From the NCBI RefSeq assembly GCF_004104415.1, contig NZ_CP034669.1: a stretch of 64,000 nucleotides of DNA; one strand, written 5' to 3'. The first letter of the stretch is position 1. Each line of letters begins with the position of its first letter. The DNA is from Corallococcus coralloides (GTDB lineage: Bacteria > Myxococcota > Myxococcia > Myxococcales > Myxococcaceae). Under the pieces are notes generated by a model. The model saw only the letters and a program-made list of their open reading frames with translations. It was not told the origin of the DNA and made no database searches. The position numbers were made by a program, and so were the translations under genes. Shown piece after piece: positions 56,395-64,000 of the stretch.

Positions 56395-57393
56395 TCATGA
56401 CGGGCGAGGGCTGGAGTCGTCGCTCGCGGTGACCTGCTGGACGAGCTGGGCCAACTGCCGCGAGGTCACCGGCTCCCCCTCCGAGAGGATGAAGTCCTCC
56501 AGGTCCTTCCGGAACGCGTGGCAGTCCGGGTAGCGCTGCTCCCGCTCCTTCGCGAGCGCCCGGGCGAGGATGGCTCGAAGGGCATCGGGCAGGTCTTGCC
56601 GGTGCTGCTCGGCGGGCACGAGGGGCTCGAACAAGGCGGCCTGAAACAAGCCCCCGTCGGGCGTGGAATCAAAGGGCCTGCGCGTGGTGAGCACCCCGTA
56701 GAGCGCCACACCGAGCGCGTATACGTCCACCCTCCGATCCACCGGCACGCCCCTGGCCTCCTCGGTCGCCATGTACCTGTACTTGCTCAGGTTGGGGATG
56801 AGGTATCGGGGCGCCCATCGATCCCGGAAATCGTCGATGCCGAAGCCCACCACCTGGGTCATCCCCTGGCGCGACAGGAGGATGTTGTACGGCCTGATGT
56901 GTCGGTGGATGAGCCTCAACGGCTCGTGCGTCTTTGGGTCGGTGAGGTCGTGGGCATAGGCGAGCCCCTCGCAGGCTTGCGAGATGATGCGCGCGCACAG
57001 GGTCGCCGGCAGGGGCATCCGCTGGGCCGCCACGTGCTCGATCACCCTGCGCAGGCTGGGCCCGTCAATGTGCTCCCTGGCGAGGAAGTACGTGCCGTCC
57101 GCCTCACCCACGTCGAAGACCTTCACGAGGTGCGGGTGCGTGAGCCGGGCGGCGTTCCTCGCCGTGTCGAGGAAGATCTCCGGGAAATCCACCTGCTCGG
57201 CCATGTCCGAGCGGAGGCACTGGAGCACCAGCGTCTTCTCGGTGCCCTGCGGGCCGGCGGCGCTGGCCAGATAGTCCTCGATGATGCCTTCAGCGAGCAG
57301 GCGGATGCGCTGGTATTTGCCAACTTGGGATGTCACGGGGCGTATGAATAGCAGACCATGACCCGGTATCGCTTCCTGGGGCTTGCACCGCAC
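56395..57393 (-). CDS. Ser/Thr kinase-fold pseudokinase
   Basis: Kinase subdomains recognisable but catalytic residues replaced: 'TLVLQCL' (VAIK Lys->Gln), 'IHRHIRPYNILL' (HRD Asp->His), 'VVGFGI' (DFG->GFG); retains 'YMATEEA' (APE-like) and 'DVYALGVALYGVLT'. Confidence 0.65.
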   Translation of the reverse strand: MRCKPQEAIPGHGLLFIRPVTSQVGKYQRIRLLAEGIIEDYLASAAGPQGTEKTLVLQCLRSDMAEQVDFPEIFLDTARNAARLTHPHLVKVFDVGEADGTYFLAREHIDGPSLRRVIEHVAAQRMPLPATLCARIISQACEGLAYAHDLTDPKTHEPLRLIHRHIRPYNILLSRQGMTQVVGFGIDDFRDRWAPRYLIPNLSKYRYMATEEARGVPVDRRVDVYALGVALYGVLTTRRPFDSTPDGGLFQAALFEPLVPAEQHRQDLPDALRAILARALAKEREQRYPDCHAFRKDLEDFILSEGEPVTSRQLAQLVQQVTASDDSSPRPS

Positions 57394-57470
57394 CGGATTG
57401 TTGAGACACCCGATGGGTCGTAATCAGGCCGCTTGCTTTCGCAGCAGCTCCCGCCGGCCCTGACCCGCGC

Positions 57471-58130
57471 TCAATCGCGGTCCGGCGCTCCCAGCGGGAA
57501 GAGCGGCCGGTACGGCCTCCCTCCATCCACCGCGCGGGCAACGGACGGACGCGCGAGCAACCTCGCGCGATAGGCGCGCAGTTCGGGACACGACTCGGGA
57601 ATCCGGTGCGTCCAGTCCGCGTAGAACAGCGACGGCGCCGCCGCACAGTCCGCCAGCGTGAAGTCGTTGCCCGCGGCCCAGGTCCGGCCACCCAGCTGCC
57701 CTTCAATCCAACCGTAGGCGCGCTCCAGCTTCTCCACCGCCAGCTTCATCCCGTCCTGGCGCTTCACCGGGTCCCCCGTCAACGCACCATCCACGGCGTG
57801 CTGGACCATGTTCATGACGTGCAGGTCGAAGAAGCGGTCGAGGAACCGCACGTCCAGCGCTGCCATCGGCTCCTCGGGCAGCAGGCGCACCGGGCCGGGA
57901 TGCTTCAGTTGGAGATACTCGATGATGATGCTCGTCTCGACGACCTGACGGTCACCGTCCACCAGCAGCGGGAACTTGCGCAGCGGCCAGCGGCGCAGCC
58001 ATTCGGCTGAGTGCTCCGGTGTCTCCGGGCTGATGCTTCGAAACTCGAAGGGCGTGCCGTTCTCATACAGCGCGATGAGCACCTTCTGCGTGTACGCGGA
58101 GAAATAGTGACCGTAGACCGCGAGCGACAT
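57471..58130 (-). CDS. Glutathione S-transferase
   Basis: Start MSLAVYGHYFSAYTQKVLIALYENGTPFEF at 58130; GST N- and C-terminal domains. Upstream ORF extension not protein-like. Confidence 0.85.
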   Translation of the reverse strand: MSLAVYGHYFSAYTQKVLIALYENGTPFEFRSISPETPEHSAEWLRRWPLRKFPLLVDGDRQVVETSIIIEYLQLKHPGPVRLLPEEPMAALDVRFLDRFFDLHVMNMVQHAVDGALTGDPVKRQDGMKLAVEKLERAYGWIEGQLGGRTWAAGNDFTLADCAAAPSLFYADWTHRIPESCPELRAYRARLLARPSVARAVDGGRPYRPLFPLGAPDRD

Positions 58131-58227
58131 CGTCGGACCCTTCCTTTCGACTACTTGCGTTTCGCAATGGGTTGAACCGTATTCAGACTGCTTGCATACT
58201 GCAAGTATCAATTCCTGGAGAACGGCC

Positions 58228-58734
58228 ATGCCGCAGACGGGACGCTCCGGCTGCCCCATCAACCTGACGCTCGAACAGCTCGGCGACCGCTGGAGCCTGA
58301 TCGTCATCCGCGACGTCATGTTCGGGAACCGGCGCAGCTATGGCGACCTGCTCTCGCAGAGTGAGGAGGGCATCGCCTCCAACATCCTCGCGGACCGGCT
58401 CAAGCGCCTGACCGCGTCCGGCCTGCTGTCGCGACGTCCGGATCCGAAGCACCAACAGAAGGGCATCTACAGCCTCACGGAGGCGTCCATCCAGCTGGTG
58501 CCCCTGCTCGCGCACATGGGGGCCTGGGGCCGCCGGCACACGGAGGTGAGCGAGGAGCTGTCGGTGCGCGCGGAGCTGCTGGAGAAGGGCGGCCCGCCGC
58601 TCTGGGATGCGTTCATGGAGGAGCTGCGCCACCTGCACCTGGACGCGCCGCGCCCTACCCGCTCGGTGTTCCGCGAGCTTCAGGCCGCCTATGAGAAGGC
58701 CGTCGCGCGCAACGCTCGGGACGGACGGACCTGA
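58228..58734 (+). CDS. HxlR-family transcriptional regulator
   Basis: 'CPINLTLEQLGDRWSLIVIRDVMFGNRRSYGDLL...GIASNILADRLKRLTASGLLSR' HxlR wHTH; divergent from GST. Confidence 0.8.
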   Translation: MPQTGRSGCPINLTLEQLGDRWSLIVIRDVMFGNRRSYGDLLSQSEEGIASNILADRLKRLTASGLLSRRPDPKHQQKGIYSLTEASIQLVPLLAHMGAWGRRHTEVSEELSVRAELLEKGGPPLWDAFMEELRHLHLDAPRPTRSVFRELQAAYEKAVARNARDGRT

Positions 58735-58757
58735 AGCGGGTAGCGTTCACCGCGCTC

Positions 58758-59378
58758 ATGAAAGTCCTTGGCCGTTGGATGTTCGTCCTGCTGTGCGCGC
58801 TGTGGCTCCCCGCCTGCGGTCCCTACGACTGCAACCCGGAGAACTGCGCGGACGGCTGCTGCTCCGCGCTCAATGAGTGCATCCGCTACCGGAGCGACTC
58901 GGAATGCGGCCCCAATGGCGGCACCTGTGAAGCCTGCGCGGAAGGCAGCGTCTGCCGGCTCGACCAGCGCGTTTGCTACACGGGCGTGATGCGCACCTAC
59001 GTGCAGCCCCGGCGCGCCGTCATCGCGGACGTCGCCCCGGATACGGGCGAGGACTGGGACTCCGATGGCTCCCCGCCGGACGTCGTCGTGGAGATGGAGT
59101 GCCCCTCCGCTCCCGAGCGCTCCCGTACCCCCGAGGACGAGAGCTGGGACCCCGAATGGCGCTCCGGCGGCTGCCAGGTCATCACGTCCAACCTGCTGCG
59201 CTACCCGCTCGAAATCTCCATCTTCGACAACGACGACTTCACCTTCGATGACGGGTTCGGCGGCCTCTCCTACCAGGTCACCCGCGCGGACCTGAGCCTG
59301 GGCCGCATCGAGCTGTCCATCCCGCCCATCGTGAAGACGCTCGTCTTCGACCTGAGCCACAACTACGCGCCGCAATGA
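58758..59378 (+). CDS. Cys-rich lipoprotein (paralog of 54109..54783)
   Basis: Lipobox 'LWLPACG'; 'CNPENCADGCCSALNECIRYRSDSECGPNGGTCEACAEGSVCRLDQRVCYTG...DWDSDGSPPDVVVEMECPSA' same Cys spacing as 54109 gene. Confidence 0.65.
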   Translation: MKVLGRWMFVLLCALWLPACGPYDCNPENCADGCCSALNECIRYRSDSECGPNGGTCEACAEGSVCRLDQRVCYTGVMRTYVQPRRAVIADVAPDTGEDWDSDGSPPDVVVEMECPSAPERSRTPEDESWDPEWRSGGCQVITSNLLRYPLEISIFDNDDFTFDDGFGGLSYQVTRADLSLGRIELSIPPIVKTLVFDLSHNYAPQ

Positions 59379-59417
59379 GGCTGTAACCGCTCCCCCGCCC
59401 CCGGCGTAGTCCTGACC

Positions 59418-59903
59418 ATGCGCGCCCACCTCCTGCCGTACATGGTCCTGTTCGCCGCCGCCTGCGGTCCCTCCTCCTCCGTGGACGAGGGGCTCGGCGT
59501 CGTCCAGGGCATCGACACGTCCGAGACCGGCATCACCGCCTTCGTCCGCTCGGGCCAGTACACCTCCTGGCTCGCGGAGCCCTCGGTCCACGACACGCGC
59601 GCGCCCCATGGCAGCAAGGTCCGCGTGTTCTTCAACGACGTCGTCGCCCAGTCGCTTCGCGACGGCAACGCCACGCACCCCGTGGGCAGCATCCTGGTGA
59701 AGGAGCTCTTCGAGGACGACGGGAAGACGCTCAAGGGCCACGCGCTGGACGTGAAGGTCGCGGAGGGCCCCGGCAAGGACACCTGGATCTTCTACGAGGG
59801 CTTCGGCCCCAGCTACTCCAACAACTACTACGGCCGCGCCCACTCGACCTGCCACGGCTGCCACTCGGACGGGGTGGACTACGTCACCTCCCCCCTGCCC
59901 TGA
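59418..59903 (+). CDS. Small lipoprotein with C-terminal CXXCH motif
   Basis: Lipobox 'LFAAACG'; C-terminus 'AHSTCHGCHSDG' contains CHGCH (CXXCH haem-c-like). Confidence 0.5.
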   Translation: MRAHLLPYMVLFAAACGPSSSVDEGLGVVQGIDTSETGITAFVRSGQYTSWLAEPSVHDTRAPHGSKVRVFFNDVVAQSLRDGNATHPVGSILVKELFEDDGKTLKGHALDVKVAEGPGKDTWIFYEGFGPSYSNNYYGRAHSTCHGCHSDGVDYVTSPLP

Positions 59904-59956
59904 AAATGACGACGGGCGGCCCCCTTCCGAGGACCGCCCGCCGTTGAGCGGCTTGG

Positions 59957-60997
59957 CTACCGTGCCGCGGACTTGCGGCGCATCAGGAACACGCCCAGGC
60001 CCACGCCCGCGACCCACTTCGCTGCGGCGGCCAGCGGCGTCTTGCTCAGCGCCACCGGGCGGCTCTCGTACCGTGGCTGGGGCGGCACCGGACGGAAGTC
60101 CGTGGCGCCGGGGAGGCTCGCGCCCTTCTCCTCCGCCTCCGTCTTCGTCACGTTCGGTCCCGGCGCGTCCGGATCCCGCGAACCCGGCGCCTTCCCGTCC
60201 GGCGACTTGTGCTCGAGGATGCCGTTGATCTCCGCGCCCAGCAGCACGACCATGCAGGAGATCTGCATCCACAGCAGCATCACGATGACACCGCCGATGG
60301 CGCCGTAGTTCACGTCGTACGAGCCAAAGTTCGCCACGTACTTCGAGAACCCCCACGAGGCGAGCACCCAGATGATCACGCTCACCACCGACCCCGGCGT
60401 GATGAACCTGAACTTCTGCTTCACGTCCGGCAGCACGTAGTAGAGCACCGCCAGCAGCAGCATCATCAGGATGCCCGCCACCGGCATGCGCAGCCACAGC
60501 ACGAGGCTGGTGAATGGCTCGCCCAGCTTGTCCGCGATGGCCGGCGTGACGACCGCGACGAGGGCCGCCAGCACCACCGTCACCGCCGTGCCCAGCGTCG
60601 TCAGCAGGGCAATGCCGCGCTTCTTCCAGAACGGGCGCTTCTCCGTCACGCCGTAGACCGTGTTGAGCGCCTCCATCAGCGCCACCACACCGCCGGACGC
60701 CGCCCAGACGGCGCCCACGCCGCCGATCGTCAGCAACCCCACCGGATTGCTGGTCGCCAGCGCCTCCAACCGCTCGCCCAGGATCTTCGTCACCTCCTGG
60801 GGCGCCACCTTCGACAGCTCCTGGATGAGCTGCTGCGCCTGGTGCGGATCAATCAGCACACCGGCCAGTGACACGAGGAACAGCAGGAACGGGAACAGCG
60901 CCAGGATGGCGGAGAACGTCAGCGCGCCCGCGACGTTGCCCACGTTGTCGCGCCCCCACTCATCCTTGAGGGACTTGAAGAACTCCTTCCAACTCAT
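59957..60997 (-). CDS. YihY/BrkB-family inner-membrane protein
   Basis: Start MSWKEFFKSLKDEWGRDNVGNVAGALTFSAILALFPFLLF at 60997; six TM helices, family pattern 'YGAIGGVIVMLLWMQISCMVVLLGAEIN'. Confidence 0.8.
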   Translation of the reverse strand: MSWKEFFKSLKDEWGRDNVGNVAGALTFSAILALFPFLLFLVSLAGVLIDPHQAQQLIQELSKVAPQEVTKILGERLEALATSNPVGLLTIGGVGAVWAASGGVVALMEALNTVYGVTEKRPFWKKRGIALLTTLGTAVTVVLAALVAVVTPAIADKLGEPFTSLVLWLRMPVAGILMMLLLAVLYYVLPDVKQKFRFITPGSVVSVIIWVLASWGFSKYVANFGSYDVNYGAIGGVIVMLLWMQISCMVVLLGAEINGILEHKSPDGKAPGSRDPDAPGPNVTKTEAEEKGASLPGATDFRPVPPQPRYESRPVALSKTPLAAAAKWVAGVGLGVFLMRRKSAAR

Positions 60998-61164
60998 TCC
61001 CCTGCCGGGCAGGACCATGCGTCTCCTCCTTGGAGGAGATTGGGCATTCCATCCCCCGGCTGGCCTCCTCCCCCGGGACGATGCTCGCCCCCCTGCCTGC
61101 TCACCGCGCAGGGGGCGGGGAATGACAAGCCCCCCGCGCCACGCCTGCCCGGCCGCCCTTCGTG

Positions 61165-61710
61165 TCAGAAAACAGGCAGCACGGGCGCGTCCTTCAGCAG
61201 GGGCGCGCGCTGATCCTTCCCGGAAAGCAGGGGCTCCTTCACGGGCCAGGGGATGGCCAGGTCCGGATCATTCCAGGCCACGCTCCGCTCGGACTCCGGG
61301 GAGTACAGCGCGGTGCACTTGTAGAAGAAGTCCGCCGAGTCGCTCACCACGCAGAACCCGTGCGCGAAGCCCGCGGGCACCCAGAGCTGGTGCTTGTTCT
61401 CTCCCGTCAGCTCCGCGGCCACCCAGCGGCCGAACGTGGGTGAGCCCTTGCGGATGTCCACCGCCACGTCCCACACCGCGCCCGCCAGGCACTGCACCAA
61501 CTTGCCCTGCGCGTTCGGCTCCTGGAAGTGCAGCCCTCGCAGCGTGCCCTTCACCGAGCGCGACAGGTTGTCCTGCACGAACGGGCCCACCACGCCCACG
61601 TCCGCGTAGCGCTTCGCGTGGAAGGACTCGAGGAAGAAGCCCCGGTCGTCGCCGAACACCTTCGGCTCGATGAGCAGGACGTCCGGAATGGCCAGCGGGG
61701 TCACCTTCAC
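61165..61710 (-). CDS. rfbC: dTDP-4-dehydrorhamnose 3,5-epimerase
   Basis: GTG start at 61710 overlapping rfbA stop (GTGA); '[19 protein letters not shown]...GLHFQ...[27 protein letters not shown]' RmlC cupin. Confidence 0.85.
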   Translation of the reverse strand: MKVTPLAIPDVLLIEPKVFGDDRGFFLESFHAKRYADVGVVGPFVQDNLSRSVKGTLRGLHFQEPNAQGKLVQCLAGAVWDVAVDIRKGSPTFGRWVAAELTGENKHQLWVPAGFAHGFCVVSDSADFFYKCTALYSPESERSVAWNDPDLAIPWPVKEPLLSGKDQRAPLLKDAPVLPVF

Positions 61711-62588
61711 GACACCGCCCCCCGCTTCTCCACCAGGTCCAACAGGTACTGGCCGTACTCGTTCTTGCGCATGGGCTCCGCCAGCGCCGTCAGCCGCTGC
61801 TCGTCGATGTAGCCCATGCGGAAGGCGATCTCCTCCGGACAGGCCACCTTGAGGCCCTGACGGCGCTCGATGATCTCGATGTAGTTGGAGGCCTGCATCA
61901 GCGACTCGTGCGTGCCGGTGTCCAGCCACGCGTAGCCGCGCCCCATCAGCTCCACGTTGAGCTGGCCGCGGCGCAGGTACTCCGCGTTGACGTCGGTGAT
62001 TTCGTACTCGCCGCGCTTGCCCGGCTTGAGGTTCGCCGCGATGTCGAGGACCTGGTTGTCGTAGAAGTACAGCCCGGTGACGGCGTAGTGCGACTTGGGC
62101 TTCGCCGGCTTCTCCTCGAGGCTGACGGCCTGGTGCTGGGCGTTGAGCTCCACCACGCCGTAGCGCTCCGGATCCTTCACGTAGTAGCCGAACACCGTGG
62201 CGCCCTGCGTCCGCTTCGACGCGCGCTGGGTGAGCTCCCCCATGCCGTGGCCGTAGAAGATGTTGTCCCCCAGGATGAGCGACACGGGGTCCTTGCCCAC
62301 GAAGTCCCGGCCGATGACGAACGCCTGCGCCAGGCCCTCCGGGCGCGGCTGCTCGGCGTACTGGAAGCGCACGCCCCACTGCTCTCCGTCGCCCAACAGC
62401 TCGCGGAAGCGCGGCAGGTCCTGCGGCGTGGAGATGATGAGGATCTCCCGGATGCCCGCCAGCATCAGCGTCGTCAGCGGGTAGTAGATCATCGGCTTGT
62501 CGTAGACGGGCAACAGCTGCTTGCTCACCACGCGCGTCAGCGGGTACAGGCGCGTGCCCGACCCCCCGGCCAGAACGATTCCCTTCAT
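61707..62588 (-). CDS. rfbA: Glucose-1-phosphate thymidylyltransferase
   Basis: Start [38 protein letters not shown] at 62588; upstream part of track ORF is not protein-like. Confidence 0.9.
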   Translation of the reverse strand: MKGIVLAGGSGTRLYPLTRVVSKQLLPVYDKPMIYYPLTTLMLAGIREILIISTPQDLPRFRELLGDGEQWGVRFQYAEQPRPEGLAQAFVIGRDFVGKDPVSLILGDNIFYGHGMGELTQRASKRTQGATVFGYYVKDPERYGVVELNAQHQAVSLEEKPAKPKSHYAVTGLYFYDNQVLDIAANLKPGKRGEYEITDVNAEYLRRGQLNVELMGRGYAWLDTGTHESLMQASNYIEIIERRQGLKVACPEEIAFRMGYIDEQRLTALAEPMRKNEYGQYLLDLVEKRGAVS

Positions 62589-62659
62589 GCGTTCTCCCCT
62601 GTGTTCCACGGCGCGGCCGCGAAACGGATGCGCGCGGCCTGCCGCCACGCGCTCGATGC

Positions 62660-63559
62660 TCAACCGGCGCGGTGCGCCTTCCAGGCCGCGTGGAAGCGCG
62701 CCAGGGACTCCGCCAGCTCCAGCGGCTGGGCCTTCAGCTCCGTGCGCACCTTGTCCGTCTTGAGGCCGCTGCGCAGCGGGCGGGGGCTGGCCAGCTTCAG
62801 GTCCGCCATCCGCGTGGGAGTGATCAGCGACGCGTCGAAGCCGAACACCTCGCAGAGCGCCCGGCCAAAGCCCACCCGGTCGATGACCGTGCCGCCGCAG
62901 GTGTTCCACACCCCGCCGAGCCGGCGCTCCCCCAGCTCCACCAGCATGGCGGCCACGCTGTCCGCGAAGCTGGGGGACACCACCTGGTCCTCGAAGAGCT
63001 TCACCGGCTGGCCCTTCTCCAGCGCCCCCACCAGCCAGGCCCCGAAGTTGGGGCGGCCCGCCGCGGGCCAGCCATACACCACCGCGGTGCGCGCGATGGC
63101 ACAGCCCGGCGCGAAGACGCGCGCGGCCTGCTCGGCCATGTGCTTGGTCAGCGCGTACACGCCTCTGGGGTTTGGCAGCGCGTCTTCGGAGTACGGCCCC
63201 GCGTCCCCGTCGAAGACGTAGTCCGTGGAGACGTGCACCAGGTGCGCGCCCGCGAGCTTCGCCGCCCGGGCCACCGCCGCCGTGGCGTGGACGTTCGCCG
63301 CGTAGGCCGCGTCCGGGTCCTTCTCACACGCGTCCACCTCCGTCATGGAGGCGGGGTGGATGATGGCCTCCGGACGGGCCTGGGCGATGGCCGCGGCCAC
63401 GTCCTGCTCGCGCGTGAGGTCCACCTCCACGTAGCCGTGCGTGCCGCCCGTGCGCCGGGGACCGCGCCCCAGGCCCACCACTTCATGTCCACGTCCGGTC
63501 AGCTGCGCGCAGACGCGGCTGCCCACCAGACCGTTAGCCCCCGTGACGACAAAGCGCAT
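62660..63559 (-). CDS. rfbD: dTDP-4-dehydrorhamnose reductase
   Basis: '[16 protein letters not shown]' Rossmann; '[10 protein letters not shown]', '[10 protein letters not shown]' RmlD pattern. Confidence 0.85.
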   Translation of the reverse strand: MRFVVTGANGLVGSRVCAQLTGRGHEVVGLGRGPRRTGGTHGYVEVDLTREQDVAAAIAQARPEAIIHPASMTEVDACEKDPDAAYAANVHATAAVARAAKLAGAHLVHVSTDYVFDGDAGPYSEDALPNPRGVYALTKHMAEQAARVFAPGCAIARTAVVYGWPAAGRPNFGAWLVGALEKGQPVKLFEDQVVSPSFADSVAAMLVELGERRLGGVWNTCGGTVIDRVGFGRALCEVFGFDASLITPTRMADLKLASPRPLRSGLKTDKVRTELKAQPLELAESLARFHAAWKAHRAG

Positions 63560-63563
63560 GGCG

Positions 63564-64000
63564 CTAACCCCGCCCCTGCAGACGGGCCTTGTACTGGGTG
63601 TCGAAGTACTGGCGGTAGGCGCCGCTGGTGACGCGCTCCCACCAGGCGCGGTTCTCCACGTACCAGGTCACCGTGTCCGCCAGCCCCTGCTCGAAGGTGT
63701 GCTTCGGCTGATAGCCCAGCTCCGTGCGGATCTTCGTGGGGTCGATGGCGTAGCGGCGGTCATGGCCGGGCCGGTCCGCCACGTACTGGATGAGGGACTC
63801 GGGCTTCTTCAGGAGGCCCAGGATGCCCTTGACGATCTCGATGTTGCGCCGCTCGGAGCCGCCGCCGATGTTGTAGACCTCGCCCGCGCGGCCCTTCTCC
63901 AGCGCCACCAGCAGGCCCTGGCAGTGGTCGTCCACGTGGAGCCAGTCGCGCACGTTGGCGCCGTCGCCGTAGACGGGCAGCGGCTTGTCGTGCAGCGCGT
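63564..64000 (-). CDS. rfbB: dTDP-glucose 4,6-dehydratase, C-terminal part (5' end beyond window)
   Basis: 'RDWLHVDDHCQGLLVALEKGRAGEVYNIGGGSERRNIEIV...DRPGHDRRYAIDPTKIRTELGYQPKHTFEQGL' = RmlB C-terminus; minus-strand frame stays open to nt 64000. Confidence 0.8.
   Translation of the reverse strand, partial: ALHDKPLPVYGDGANVRDWLHVDDHCQGLLVALEKGRAGEVYNIGGGSERRNIEIVKGILGLLKKPESLIQYVADRPGHDRRYAIDPTKIRTELGYQPKHTFEQGLADTVTWYVENRAWWERVTSGAYRQYFDTQYKARLQGRG

Overview
This is a high-GC (~68-70%) bacterial chromosomal window. MYXO-CTERM sorting tags, DUF2378, many Ser/Thr kinases, Kelch lipoproteins and a TSP3-OmpA protein all point to a myxobacterium (Myxococcaceae-like). Long antisense ORFs in the track are GC artefacts; the real genes were re-derived by domain content.

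Housekeeping genes: a PAS-GAF histidine kinase (runs off the 5' edge), mltG, map, a DUF3516 DEAD/DEAH helicase, a Pat-like ADP-forming acyl-CoA synthetase/GNAT fusion, tgt, an ABC-F ATPase, maa, GST/HxlR, and an rfbBDAC dTDP-rhamnose operon at the 3' edge.

Two regions stand out.

1. A tightly coupled 11-gene minus-strand operon (6299-15224). It is built around six copies of an uncharacterised ~90-residue module: N-terminal 'A-I-A-E-A-Q-x-x-L-D' helix, a beta-hairpin 'F-Y-Q-F-V-D-T-I-I-E-V-K', and a C-terminal 'K-Y-D-Y-S-V-E-G-S-S-L-x-R-T-K-L-V-P-V-P-P-P' motif. The module occurs alone in three tandem genes. In other genes it is fused to an OmpA-like peptidoglycan-binding domain, to CarboxypepD_reg/Big-like domains, and to PASTA domains. 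The operon also carries a TPR protein, a charged coiled-coil protein with a Met-rich tail, and a protein made of five ribosomal-L7/L12-CTD-like repeats. None of the products has a signal peptide. I could not match the module to any named family. It looks like a candidate novel envelope/peptidoglycan-associated multiprotein assembly.

2. A ~9.3 kb putative defence island (45.4-54.9 kb). It is bracketed by ~90-bp direct repeats that duplicate the 3' end and terminator of the ABC-F gene. It encodes a 1732-aa DUF4011/Upf1-like SF1 helicase with a C-terminal Vsr/DUF559-type endonuclease, a membrane-anchored coiled-coil DUF4041-T5orf172 (GIY-YIG-like) protein, a SIR2-like NADase domain fused to a TM segment and periplasmic tail with a sharply lower-GC N-terminal domain, and a Cys-rich lipoprotein.

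Other notable points: an in-frame read-through (probable TAG->CAG stop loss) joining a Kelch/HYR MYXO-CTERM lipoprotein to a downstream OmpA-TSP3 gene; near-identical 87-bp tandem repeats in that gene; a degenerate pseudokinase; a truncated LysR HTH fragment; and a low-GC lipoprotein (PD-(D/E)xK-like)/downstream-gene cassette reminiscent of SitA/SitI toxin-immunity pairs.

No rRNA, tRNA, CRISPR array, transposase or integrase was detected.
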